A stretch of 64,000 nt of DNA from Heterodontus francisci (lineage: Eukaryota): contig NC_090396.1 of the NCBI RefSeq assembly GCF_036365525.1, positions 22,420,283 through 22,484,282 on the forward strand. The letters run 5' to 3'. The position numbers and the translations under genes are program-made. The notes under the pieces were generated by a model. It was not told the DNA's origin. It saw only the letters and a list, made by a program, of their open reading frames with translations, and did not search any database. Every line of letters begins with the position of its first letter. Within the stretch, counting starts at the first letter, position 1. Below, piece after piece: positions 37,235 to 48,407 of this stretch.

Positions 37235-38178
37235 AGAGATGGGGTTGTGTCAGACTCTCCCACATTGTGTGACTGGTAGATGGGGCTGTGTCAGACTCTG
37301 TCACACAGCGTGGCTGGTACATTACTGGTATCAGACTCTCTCACACTGAACAGGATTTTCAGTCCCCTCTGGGGCCGGGTTTGGAGACGGGCAAGGATGA
37401 AAAATAGCCCCACCAGCCGGCGTGCCAGTTCCCCGGCTCCATCCCACCTCCAGACCATTTTTGCAGAGATGGTATTAGGGCCAGCAGGGCTAGCTGCCCG
37501 CATGCGGTGGGTAGCTGATTAGGCTCATTAAGGGTTTTCTTGAGTCCAATTAACCGCGCCGACTGGAATATTCCAGTCAGCGTCCAAGTTCCCGCAGGCA
37601 GCAGGATCAGTTTAGTGCTTGGAGGCCGGGGGATGGGTGGGGAAGGTGGCGGCAGCACTCCTGGCAGGCCTAGAGGCCCTCCATGCCTGTCTGGGTGCAA
37701 GAGGAGCCACCTGCTCCCTTGCAGAGAGGCTCCCTCATCACAGTGGTGGCTTGGTTGCAATAACCACTTTTTAATTCAAGTTTCAAAAAAGTTGGAGAGA
37801 GGGAGAGATGGGTTGAGGCACCCTCCCTGTTACTTAACATCTATTACAACCTGCTGCTGCTCTCAAGCTGGAAGGCCTCTGATTGGCCCACCAGCTTTGA
37901 GAGCCCGGTCACCACCCTTAATTGGACAGGGAACCTGTCTCCATGCCAATTAAGGAGGGGGGGCACCCCACTGAAAATCCCTAAGAATGACTGTTTCCCC
38001 CCCTGCCCGGGGGCAAGTTCAGGACCCAACCTCCGTTTCCCTTGCCCGGTGGGAAAATCCAGCCTGGCGTGTGACTGGAAGATGGGGCTATGCCAGCCTC
38101 CCTCACACTGTGTGACTGGAAGATGGGGCTATGCCAGCCTCCCTCACACTGTGTGTCTGGGAGATGGGGCTATGCCAG
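37235..38178 (+). repeat. 41-bp minisatellite split by a MITE (units 37235-37347 and 38068-38178)
   Basis: Unit gtgtgactggaagatggggctatgccagcctccctcacact; starts at 38071, 38112 and 38153 are 41 bp apart. Confidence 0.8.
37348..38065. mobile_element. GC-rich Harbinger-type MITE
   Basis: Ends caggattttc / gaaaatccagcc; interior homologous to 41767-43013. Confidence 0.75.
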
Positions 38179-38844
38179 CAGAAGAGAGGCATAGACTCAG
38201 ATATAGGCAAATGGACTTAGTGGGGAGTGAGATACTGTATGGCTGAGGTTAAAGAACACTTCACTTGTAGAACAGTTTGCCATACTGAAAAAATGTCATT
38301 TTCAACAGAGTTGCTGGTCAAGCTCCAGCTTGAGAATCTCATGAAGCTAAAATACTCTTCACTGTCCCTCTCCCGATGAGTGAGAATATTTACATAACAT
38401 TAATGCCCCTGTTCAACAAAGTCTAGTTATCTGCAGTCACGTGTGGCTTGCATGTCGAAAGATTCAGGGGTAATACTCGGTCGGTAGATAGCTTATACAG
38501 CGAGCCTGAGAGCAGCACATCTAAATGCATGAGTTTCACTGCATCATTATTCAGCAACCAGAATCTAGCCAATGTAAATGCCACACACTAAGCTCTTTAA
38601 GCTGCCTTAAAGTGTCCTATTATTTTCAATGTAAAACCTCATTATTCTAAACAAATTAGTTTTTGTCCCACAGATCCTCATTAACTGTGTACCTTTCATA
38701 AGTACAAAGAATGTGATACATTCAAAAGCAGAGCCCTGTATCAGTTTAAAACCTCAAAGCAAGTTCAGTTCATTGATTGTTTAAAGAGGGAGTCTGACCA
38801 TCAGGAGATAATTTAAAGGGGGATCGAACCACCATTAGGCCATT

Positions 38845-39115
38845 ATTTGCTGAAAATGGCAAAAGAACCAAAGGCAACATGAGGAAAAACTTATTTTTGC
38901 AGTGAGTGGTTAGGATTTGGAATGCACTGCCTGAGAGGGTGGTGGAGGCAGGTTCAATTGTAGCTTTCAAAAGGGAATTGCAGAAGCACCTGAATAGTAA
39001 AAATTTGCAGGGCGGTGGTGAAAAGGCAGGGCAGTAGGAATAGCTGTTTCTCTTGCAGAGGGCCAGAACAGACTTGACGAGCCAAATGGCCTCCTTCTGC
39101 GCTCTGATTCTATGA
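38845..39115 (+). mobile_element. CR1 3' end fragment
   Basis: ggaatgcactgcctgagagggtggtggaggcagg...gccaaatggcctccttctg...attctatgatt. Confidence 0.8.
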
Positions 39116-39974
39116 TTTAAAGAGGGAATCTGACCATCAGGACACTATTTAAAGAGGGAGCCTTAGGCCTAGTTGGGGATGAACCCGTTAAATTAAGGGT
39201 TGATGGGATCGCAGTGTGTCCCAAGGGTTAATAGGATTTCTGTTTTTTCCTGGGGTTAATGGGATTGCTGTGCTGGAAGGCTGGTTAGTCACACGTAGCC
39301 AGGAGTTGAAAAACAGCCGAAAGAAAGTGAGGAAATCGGTTACACATGTTCCGAGCTAGAATGACAGGAGTGATTCAAACTGAAGTAAATACTCTCCATT
39401 TACTTCACACTACTGTTGTGCCCTGTGGGTAATTTTATTCTCTTGAAAGTGCTCGTGTTAATTACCAAAAAATCTATATTTAGACTTCCCTGATTCTCTG
39501 GTATTTGACACGCAATTCCCTGCCGTGCTTTTTTTTACTTCTGCCAGGGAAAACTGAAATCACAGTGGTGTCAAACTGTGACATTAGCTTCCCTGCCCCC
39601 AGAGCATGTAAACCAGGCACCTAACTCCCGTTCTCCCAAATCAAGAAGCAGTTTAAAAGGACTGCCTTGTGAAGACGGTGGTGCAGCAATTTAGCCAACT
39701 CGCTTGGCAGGGAATATGACGGGTAATTTCGGGGACAAGTGGAGTGGGAGAGAAAGGGAAAAAAATCATAATAAGAATACTCGTCAGAAATCATCTGCAT
39801 TGAATTATGAGAGCTTAAGGTTAACTTTTACATCTCTATACTGTAAATATGCTGCAGGCTATCTAACTGCTGGCAAAGATATAAAGTGAAGCAGGGGCTG
39901 GACCATATATTTGAATACATTACCGCTGCAGCAGATATAATGTTTATAAAAGTAGTTTCCCACGATCACTCCTC

Positions 39975-41170
39975 AACTACAACATCTTGCATTTATATAG
40001 CACCTTTAATGTCGTAAAAACATCCCATGATGCTTCAAGGGAATGTTATCAGAAAAAAACTGACACCAAATCGCATAAAGAGATATTCGGACAGGTGAAT
40101 AAAGGCTTGGTCAAAAAGGTAGGTTTTAAGAAGTGATTTAAAGGAGGAGGCAGATAAATTTAGGGAGGGAATATTCCACACCTTCGGGCCTAGCTGGCTG
40201 AAGACACAGCCACCAATAGTAGAGCAATGAAAATTGGGATGTGCACTATCAACATCCTGGGGGTTATTATTGACCAGAAACTAAACTGCATCAGCCACAT
40301 AAATACTGTGGCAAAAGAGCAGGTCAGAGGCTGGGAATTCTGCAGCAAATAACTCACCTCCTGTCTCCCCAATGCCTGTCCACCATCTACAAGGCACAAG
40401 TCAGGTCTGTGATGGACTACACGCCACTTCTCTGGATGGGTGCGGCTCCAACAACACTCAAGAGGCTCGACACTATCCAGGACAAAGAATCCCATTTGAT
40501 TAGCACCCCCATCCACCACCTTCAATATTCACTCCCTTCACCACCACCGCACAATGGTAGCAGTGTGTACCATCTACAAGATGCACTGCAGCAACTCACC
40601 AAGGCTCCTTCGACAGCACCTTCCAAACTCATGACCTCTACCACCTAGAAGTACAAGGGCAGCAGCTGCATGGGAACATCACCACCTGCAAGTTCCCCTC
40701 CAAGCCACACATCATGCAGACTTGGAACTATATCGACAGTCACTGGGTCAAAATCCTGAAACTCCCTTCCTAACAACATTGTGTACCTACACCTCAAGTA
40801 CTGCAGTGGTTCAAGAAGACAGCTCATCACCACCTTATCAAGGGCAATTAGGGTTGGGCAATAAATGCTGGCCGAGCCAGCGGTGCCACATCCCATGAAT
40901 GAATGAAAAAAAGGCCAGAATTGGAGGAGCGCAGAGATCTCAGAGATTTGTAGGGTTGGAGGAGGTTACAGAGATAGGGAGATGAGAGGCCATGGAGAGA
41001 TTTGGAAACAAGGATGAGAATTTTATAATTGTGGCATTGCCGGACTAGGAACTAATGTAGGTTAGTGAGCACAGGAGCGATGGCCTGTGAGTTAGGATAC
41101 TGGCAGCAGAGTTTTGGATGAACTCAAGTTTACGAAGGATAGAAGGTGGAAGACGGGAGGTTGGCCAGGG
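39975..41170 (-). mobile_element. L2-type LINE 3' part, split by a family-B LINE
   Basis: acaacatcttgcatttatatagcaccttt tail; continuity gggatgtgca|aggccagaattggagg. Confidence 0.8.
40246..40911 (+). mobile_element. LINE family B 3' part
   Basis: MDYTPLLWMGAAPTTLKRLDTIQDK; tail atgaatgaatgaaaaaa. Confidence 0.9.
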
Positions 41171-41219
41171 GAACATCAGTGCTCTTTGGCTGCAGAATTA
41201 GTTACAAGTGGGACAGCAG

Positions 41220-41545
41220 AAACTGACAAAGCTTACTTCAACAGCACCTCCACATTCCGCAGCCCCTACTACAGAGTAGAACAAGAGTCACAACATGGTG
41301 ACCCATTACCTTGCCAAGTTATTCCTTACTGGTGACTCGGTCAAAATCCTGGAATTCGCTATCAAATGACATCTTGGGCACACCTCAAGAAAGGCAGTGG
41401 TTCAATAAGGCACCACAACACCATCATCTCAAGGACGGAGGAAGTACCAAAAGGCACACCACCACCATCACCACAGAGTAACTAAGGATGGGCAATGAAT
41501 GTGGCCTTGCCATCATCACCCACTTCCTGTGAAGCGATTCTAAAC
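41220..41545 (+). mobile_element. Old, diverged LINE family B 3' part
   Basis: cttcaacagcacctc, gtcaaaatcctggaattc, aaggatgggcaatgaatgtggccttgcca. Confidence 0.65.
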
Positions 41546-41975
41546 AAAAAGTAGAGTCTCCCATCAGTTAGCATCAGATCATCCCACCTCCACCATCTGC
41601 TGTTGTATGAACTTGCTGGGATTGCCAACAAGACTGTGGAATAGCAGTAATATTCAGAGTTTGTGCCAACTTGGCCTGCCCAAAACTTCCCTTTATGATG
41701 GCAATTTGTCTTTAAGAATTATACTTTGTGACTTTAGCTACCACTATATTGCAACAGTGACTATATGGGCAGGATTTTTTCTCCCAGATGGGGGCAAGTA
41801 CAGAGGCGGGGCATGAAAATTCATACTGCCAGCCAGCATGCCAGTTTGCTGGCACCATCCCACCGCCTCCCCCCCCCCGCACCCCACCCCACCCGCAGGC
41901 CATTTTCTCAGAGGCAGAATCGGAGGCGGAAGGGCTACTCAACCACAAGGGTAAGTAAATTGTTGTGTGATTGCC

Positions 41976-42160
41976 GATGAGGTGACAGACTTTCCAAGAA
42001 TGGCAAGACCTCAAAAGCTGTCATCTTGAGAAAAGCAACAGAGTATGTTAGCAGGCTGAAGGCAGAGCAACAGAAACTGAATGCAGAGAGAGAGAAACTT
42101 CAGAAAGAACAGTAACAGATGAGACACAAATTCCCCGAGCACGAGTTGTCAAACCACTGA
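41976..42160 (+). pseudogene. MYC-family HLH-leucine zipper C-terminal fragment (paralogue uncertain, L-/N-Myc-like)
   Basis: DEV, 1-nt frameshift, then LSKNGKTSKAVILRKATEYVSRLKAEQQKLNAEREKLQKEQ*QMRHKFPEHELSNH*. Compare N-Myc as recalled: [49 protein letters not shown]. Heptad L-L-L-M zipper; premature TAA at 42113. Confidence 0.85.
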
Positions 42161-42293
42161 GATGACCTATGGACTTTTGAGCCTCTATATTTGTAAAGCT
42201 CATAATCTCTATCCATGTGCAAATAATCTTGTTATCTAATTTGGTGTAATTTTACTTTTAGCATATGAGACTTATCCTTGGAAAGAAGGGGGA

Positions 42294-42531
42294 TGTTGTG
42301 TGATTACCTTGAACTTAGTATGCTAATGAGCTAAGCACCAGGACGTAGTCATGTGACTACTTGCAAAATTCACTCTATAACTGTAACACCAAGAGGCGGG
42401 ACCTGTAAATGGTTATCTCTGCACTATATAATAAGTGAGCTGTTTAATAAACCTGTTTGAGATCTTCAACAACTGAACTCCACGCATCTCATTAATGTTG
42501 CATCAGACAACATAAAAAGCTTCTCATTACA
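42294..42531 (+). repeat. 3' LTR, 238 bp
   Basis: TGT...ACA termini, TATA-like ctatataa near 42424-42431, AATAAA 42446-42451, palindrome gtagtcatgtgactac 42345-42360. Confidence 0.8.
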
Positions 42532-43863
42532 TAAATGGTCTTTTAAGGCCAATTAGCAGAGGCCACCTGCAACTTTCCAGTCAGCCTGCAGGCAGTCTGA
42601 GTCATCAGGAACCAGGCCATCTGCCTGGAAGCGGCCTCCCAAGGGTAGACAGGGAGTTAGTGCTTCAGGCAGGCTTTGAGGCCTGATCCCTCCCTGCCTG
42701 GCCACAGCTGCGGCTGCAGGCTGCCCCTCCACAATCGTGGCCCACCTGCTGAGGGCATTTTTAAGTTTAAAAGTTTAAATGGAGGCGCCCTCTCTCTTAC
42801 TTGAACTGCAGACTGCAGCTTCTTCCATGCTGGAGAGCCTCCTATTGGCCCTCCAGCTTCAAGAGCCCATCCACCATCCTTAATTGGACAGTCAGCCCAT
42901 CCTCTGGCCCCTAATTGGCCAATTTGGGGATGACTGTTCCCCTACAGTGCGGGGTTGTGACCCCCATTTGACCTCGACATTGGGGTCCTGACCCAAAGGG
43001 CAAAGTACTTCCCTATGTTTCAAAAGTACTTAATTGGCTACGAAACACTTTGATAAGTCCTGAGGTTGTGAAAGGTACTATGTTAATGCAAATTCTAGTA
43101 GTTTTTCACTGTAATGGAAAGAACAAAAGGTGAGTGGTTATTTTTAGCATGAGTTAATTAGTTTCTCTCAGAAGTTACACTGTGAATGTTACTCCACTTT
43201 TCCTCCTCTCTCTTTAAGTACTATCCTTTCAACACCCGTTTAATTGTCTACTGATTGAAGTTGTCTTTTATTTGGCTGCTCAATCAATCAGTGATATTCA
43301 AGTATACCAGTGATCTTTCAGATGCTAAGTCAGTCCAATTCTTTCCCAACTGCTGTCATTGCCATCAGAAAACCAGGCATGGATGGTGGCAGGGATTATC
43401 GCCATCATTTGATCTGGATCCGAGAGTGATCAAATTCGTAACATTTCCGAATATGCCCTATCTGAATTAATTCAGATTGAGTCAACTCATACTAATTACT
43501 ATGGGGAATTGCAGCTTTCCTATCCTAGGTCCTGTGTTATGGCTTAACATCATACTGCATTGGACCAATGAAAAAAGACTTGCATTTATATAGTACCTTC
43601 CATGACATTTGGATGTCCCAAAGCACTTTAAACCAATGAAGTACTTTTGAGGAATAGTCACTGCTGTAATGCAGGAAACATGGCAGTCAACACACAGCAA
43701 GCGCCTACAAACAACTCTGTGATAATGACCAGATCATCTATTTTATTGATGTTGGTTGAGGGATAAATATTGGCCAGGGAAGAACTCCCCTACCCTTCGA
43801 AGTAGTGTCATGGGACCTTTAATGCCCACCTGAGAAAGGCAGATGAGGCCTCAAATTATAGCA

Positions 43864-44779
43864 TAATAAAAACAAAATGCTGGAAACACTCAGCAAGTCT
43901 GGCAGCATGTGTGAAGAGAGAGACAGAGTTAATGTGATCTGAAACATGGGACAGAATTTTACCTTGGCCCCGAGCACTGGCCAAAAAGTCGAGGCGAGCC
44001 CACCTTCACCAGGCCTGGGAGCCACGTCAGGATTTTGCGTGGCCTATGCCCTTAATTGGCCTTGAGCAGGACTTCAACCCCTCTGAGGCAGGAGGTCCCG
44101 CCTCCAAGAGCTGCCGGCCAATCAACAGGCCAGCAGCTCTCAATCCCAGCAGCGCCACCAGGAGCGATGGCTACTGCTGGGACTGCACCCAGCTTCAGCA
44201 GCAAGAGGGATGCTGGCCCGGAAACACGGTAAGTTTGTGGGGCCTTGCAGGGACAATTGGCCGGGCCCTGGCAAGGCAAGGGGGATCGGTTAGAAGGGCG
44301 GGGGAGTGTTGGGTAGTAGGGGCAGTTGGGCCATGGGGGGGCACTACATGGGGTACAAGATGCCTAAACAGGAGAGTCCCCACCCTCATCCCACAAGATT
44401 TTACTGGGCAGCCTCCTGGGGGTGCCTGATGTCTCACTGGTCACTGGTAAAATACCTGTGGCGATGGGAGGAGGCCCTTATGTGCCAGTTAATTGGCCAC
44501 TTAAGGGCCTTGATTGGCCTGGGGCAGGCATACTGTTTCTCGCCGCCACCACCCCGCATAAAACTGCAGCGGGGTCGGGAAGGCTTCGGGAACAGCCCCA
44601 CCCCGCCTCCCATTCAATTTTACAACGCCCCCCGCCACCAGCCTGCCCCTGCGGGGGGGAGGGGTGTAAAACTCCGGCAATTAAGTCTGTTTCGCTCTTC
44701 ACAGATGCTGCCAGACCTGCTGAGTGTTTCCAGCATTTTCTGTTTTTATTTCAGATTTCCAGCATCCACAGTATTTTGC
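43864..44779. mobile_element. Penelope-derived inverted-repeat insertion with a MITE in its centre
   Basis: Left arm (~43866-43935) is the reverse complement of the right arm (44681-44750); diverged TSD gcctcaaattata / gcctcagtttata. Confidence 0.75.
43949..44679. mobile_element. GC-rich Harbinger-type MITE
   Basis: TIR-like ggacagaattttac / gtaaaactccggca; flanks ATG / ATT consistent with a mutated 3-bp TSD. Confidence 0.75.
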
Positions 44780-45307
44780 CTCAGTTTATAACGTCTTCTC
44801 CGACAGATGTGTATCTGTGCTCCCAGCAGGGCCACCGCCCTGGAGGACAGGCATTCCCCCAACCCCGCCACTGGCTGACCTGAGCTCCCTACAAGCACAG
44901 CCTCTCTGATGGATGCATGGAATTGCAGAATTACCCCTTATATATTGGCTGTGACCATTGGTTCAAAACTAGTGCAGGGTCTCTCTCTCTGAACAGTCTA
45001 AATAGTTTTCTGTTTATTGTGTCGCTTTTGTTAAAAAAAAGAGAAGCATTGGATTTAAAGAGCAGTCCTCCCTTTGACAACACTGATCCACCAGAATATC
45101 ATGACATTTTCATGATATCATTCCCTTGATGAGAGTGATAGCTCCGCGGGGATGTTGCTTGCTCACGAAATGCCTGTGGCTGCTTTCACTTTTGGCTTTG
45201 CCTTTGATTTGTTTTACATTCATAAATGTTAACTGCTTCTAATCAGGGTGCAAAGGTACTTCAATCCCAGGTTCAGACCATCTGCAGAGAACATCTCCAC
45301 TGTTAAA

Positions 45308-45420
45308 AGCATAGAATCAGATAGCAATGGAGAGGCCAATCGGCCCATCATGCTTATACTGGCTCTTTGAAAGAGCTATCCAATTAGGCCCACTCCCCCA
45401 CTACTCTTTCTTTGCAAATA
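45308..45420 (-). mobile_element. CR1 3' tail fragment
   Basis: catagaatc...ggaggccaatcggcccatcatg...ctttgaaagagctatccaattag. Confidence 0.65.
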
Positions 45421-46529
45421 GTTTCCGGTTTGGTAGCATCTAATCACTGAAAGGGATTGGCATATTAAACCTAATTCATCCATCGGGAATGTGATAGGAT
45501 TGGGAGCACCCCATCTGATTTTACCATCCATTGAAATCACAAGAAAGTAATATTGGTGTAAAACCAGCCTTTCACTTAATCCCATGGGATTCCCGCCCAG
45601 CAAGTTAGGTTAAACTCACCCCCCCCCCCTCCCCATATTTTTATACTTTATACGTGTCTATTGTAGAACTCGCAATCGCAAATAGACCTTGTCTCGGTGA
45701 AGCTGATTCCTTTGACAGGATGGTGATTAGACCCTGCATGGAGCCAGGTTTAGCATTCTTAGGTTAACAAGTCGAGCATCCTGTTTGTCAGTGAAAAATA
45801 ATACACAGAGAGCTAAATTCTGCTGGTTCACAGTTCAGTCATTAGGGTTCGAGGTGTTGCAGGAGATAATGGAGACACATTAGGCAGCCTTGTTTATCGG
45901 CGAGGCACTGGGTTGGGGAGGTGTAGTTGGGTGGGCTGAATAAACAAGTAAGGGATCAGTCACAATTTGAATCATAACTCTATATTTTGTTGGTAAATTC
46001 TGTTGCCTGCAGTTAATTGCTGAATGCAATGTTTTTTATATACTAAATGGTGAGACTTCAGACACTCGCTCCACAACACCACCTCTCCAGTGCCACCTAC
46101 TGACTAGGGGCCTCATCTGCAGCATTACAGGGAATTGTTTACATGACAATATTTATTTTTTCACCGTGTAATGCCTAGGAGACTGCAAAAGGGCATGCAA
46201 CATAGCCAAATTGCTATTAAAGAACTGTCAGGTGTCTCTCCAAAGGCTGAGGGAGGTGAGAGATCCTTTGTAGGAGAATTGCTGCTTTGGGAGGTGAAAA
46301 ATGAAGGTTTTCTTTCACTTGCCTGCGAAAAGCTGGCTCACAGCAGCATTTTTGTAGGCCTGGAAGCAGCTCACCTGTCTGTCTCCATAGTAACGTTCAT
46401 CAAATGGCAGATGGAGACAGACGGGAAATTCTATTTGATGGCTTCAAGTCTATTGAAAAGCAAAAATCTGAATTCAGTCAACGATTCAAGCACCACACCA
46501 GGACCTTAGCACATTAAACATTAAACACT

Positions 46530-46900
46530 TTAAACATTCACCCTCTCCACAAGATGCACTGCAGTAACTTACCAAGGCTCCTTCAGCAGCACCTTCCAAA
46601 CCCACGACCTCTACCACCTAGAAGGACAAGAGCAGCAGATGCATGGAAACACCACCACCTGCAAGTTCCCCTCCAAGCCACACACCATCCTGCTTTGGAA
46701 CTATATCGCTGTTCCTTCACTGTCGCTGGGTCAAAATCCTGGAACTCCCTTTCTAACAGCACTGTGGGTGTACCTACCTCACATGGACTGCAGCGGTTCA
46801 AGAAGACAACTCATTTCCACCTTCTCAAAGGCAATTAGGGATGGGCAACAACTAACTTTGTCAGTGACGCTCACATCCCAAGGACGAATAAATAAAAAAC
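46530..46900 (+). mobile_element. LINE family B 3' end
   Basis: ORF 46554-46838 MHCSNLPRLLQQHLPNP...SWNSL; tail gaataaataaaaa. Confidence 0.9.
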
Positions 46901-46914
46901 ATTATTTAAGCTGC

Positions 46915-47245
46915 CACTTCAGTATTGAGGGAGTCCTGTGCTGTCTGAGGTGCTGTCTTTTGGAGGAGACATACTGAGACTGTGTCTGCCTGTTCCAGCA
47001 ATTCTGGTGAATGTCAAAAATGCTAAGGTATCATAGAAGAAGAATAGGGACTTCTACAGTTGTCCAAACCCTCAACTAACACCACCAAAAACAGACAGCG
47101 TTACTGTTTGTGGGATCTTGCTGTGTACAAAATGGCTACCACTTTTGCCTACATAGTCACTACATTCAAAATGATTCGCTGTGGATGAAGCTATTTGAGA
47201 TATTAATGAGACAGCCGATAAGACACTATCTAAATATGAAATTGA
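46915..47245 (+). mobile_element. SacSINE1-like Deu-SINE, diverged
   Basis: cagtattgagggagt...gaggtgctgtcttttgga...ctgtttgtgggatcttgctgtg. Confidence 0.65.
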
Positions 47246-48169
47246 CTTCCATTCAGGATTACAGAGGTCTTTAAGTAAAATAGCAAGGAAAGGAAAGAAT
47301 TAACTTGCATTTTTATAGTGTTTCACAATATTAGGACTTTCTTTTGAAGTGTAGTCAGTGTTGTAATGGAGAAGAAAGGGACAAACTGAAGGACAAATGG
47401 TTCAGAAAACAAATCTTAATATGTTCAAAACAATACAATGTGATAATGTTTATTGGATTAAACACGTGTACATAGCAGTCGCAGCAAAAGAACTAAGTTC
47501 ATTCTGCTGCACCACTTGACAATGCGGCTGGAACCATACTGATGTCTTTACAGTGTCTTCATGCTAATTAATGAACAAAGTAATTTCAAGTGAAAATAAT
47601 AGGCAAGTTAATTAGATTTCAGCTGTATTCATGTTTGGTAATGATTCATTGAAGTATCCAAACATCGCATACATAAGCAAAACAGCTACCAGTGCTTCAA
47701 TGTTAAGCTCTTCCAAGCTCCTGATGGAGATCATCACATTAGGATAAGACAGCCTCTTTTTATTCCAATTTAAAGCAGATCATCTTATAAATATGTAAAG
47801 GTTGACCTGCGGGATCACTGTAAACAATATGTCGGTAACCATGGATCAGGTTATAGCAGTAACCAATTGAGCAGTTTACCAGAACACAACAGTTGGCTGA
47901 TATCCTTGAGGTTGTCTCTGATTCAAGGTATGCAGGATTGATTGGACAGTCTACACTATCCAATGAGCGTCCATAGGAATATAGGAACATGAGGAACTGG
48001 AGTCGGCCATTCAGCCCCTCGAGCTTGTTCTGCCGTTCAATTAAATCATGGATAATGGCCATCTAACAAGTAGTATCCATGGAATTTGTAGTGTTCCCTC
48101 CATGTCATGTGTTGGTAGTACTGGGAGGTGGGTGAAGGTTTACTCTACTTCTCTTGATGTGTGATATTT

Positions 48170-48250
48170 AACCTTCTCATGGGCAATTAGGGATGGGCAA
48201 TGAATGCTGGCCTTGCCAGCGATGCTCACATCCCATGAATGAATAAAACA
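48170..48250 (+). mobile_element. Family-B LINE/SINE 3' tail
   Basis: accttctcatgggcaattagggatgggcaatgaatgctggcc...atgaatgaataaaa. Confidence 0.8.
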
Positions 48251-48407
48251 AAACTCCCAATCTTGTGGCAGATCAAAGTGCAAAACTCAAACTGCATAAC
48301 TCACTGTTGGCAATTGTAACATCAGTGTGAATCTGTGTCTGTTATATAACCTTGTGGAAGCTGTATTTTTTTTTATACTCCTAGCTTTTCTGCATTGACT
48401 GAGCATC

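Larger units (their letters stand above)
41961..42531 (+). mobile_element. Internally deleted LTR retroelement carrying a MYC-family fragment
   Basis: 5-bp TSD TAAAT (41956-41960 / 42532-42536); 5' LTR stub tgttgtgtgattgcc matches the 3' LTR start tgttgtgtgattacc; PPT ggaaagaaggggga at 42280-42293; full 3' LTR 42294-42531. Confidence 0.85.
41767..43013. mobile_element. Harbinger-type MITE hosting the myc-carrying LTR element
   Basis: 3-bp TSD TAT; degenerate TIRs gggcaggattttt / caaagtacttccc; colinear with the 37348-38065 MITE on both sides of the insert; itself sits in a Deu-SINE tail (acagtgactat|gtttcaaaagtact). Confidence 0.75.
43570..44815 (-). mobile_element. SacSINE1-like Deu-SINE split by a Penelope insertion and a MITE
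   Basis: aaagacttgcatttata tail; ttggttgagggataaatattggccagg; resumes gcctcagtttataacgtcttctccgacaga. Confidence 0.75.

Noticed and set aside
37235-38178. CRISPR-like repeat array
   Set aside because: Units are contiguous 41-bp tandem repeats without unique spacers, in vertebrate DNA with no cas genes.
41976-42160. Functional host MYC-family last exon, or an ordinary processed pseudogene
   Set aside because: It has a frameshift and a premature stop, no splice acceptor, no basic region and no poly(A), and is enclosed by LTR ends and a TSD within a MITE.
43864-44779. A single ~900-bp DNA transposon with 70-bp TIRs
   Set aside because: The arms match the Penelope palindrome at 29020-29259, and the interior is an independent MITE with its own TIRs.
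44046-44883. Cluster of 127-161 aa ORFs and CpG-island-like GC richness
   Set aside because: Explained by the GC-rich MITE interior, which is poor in stop codons.
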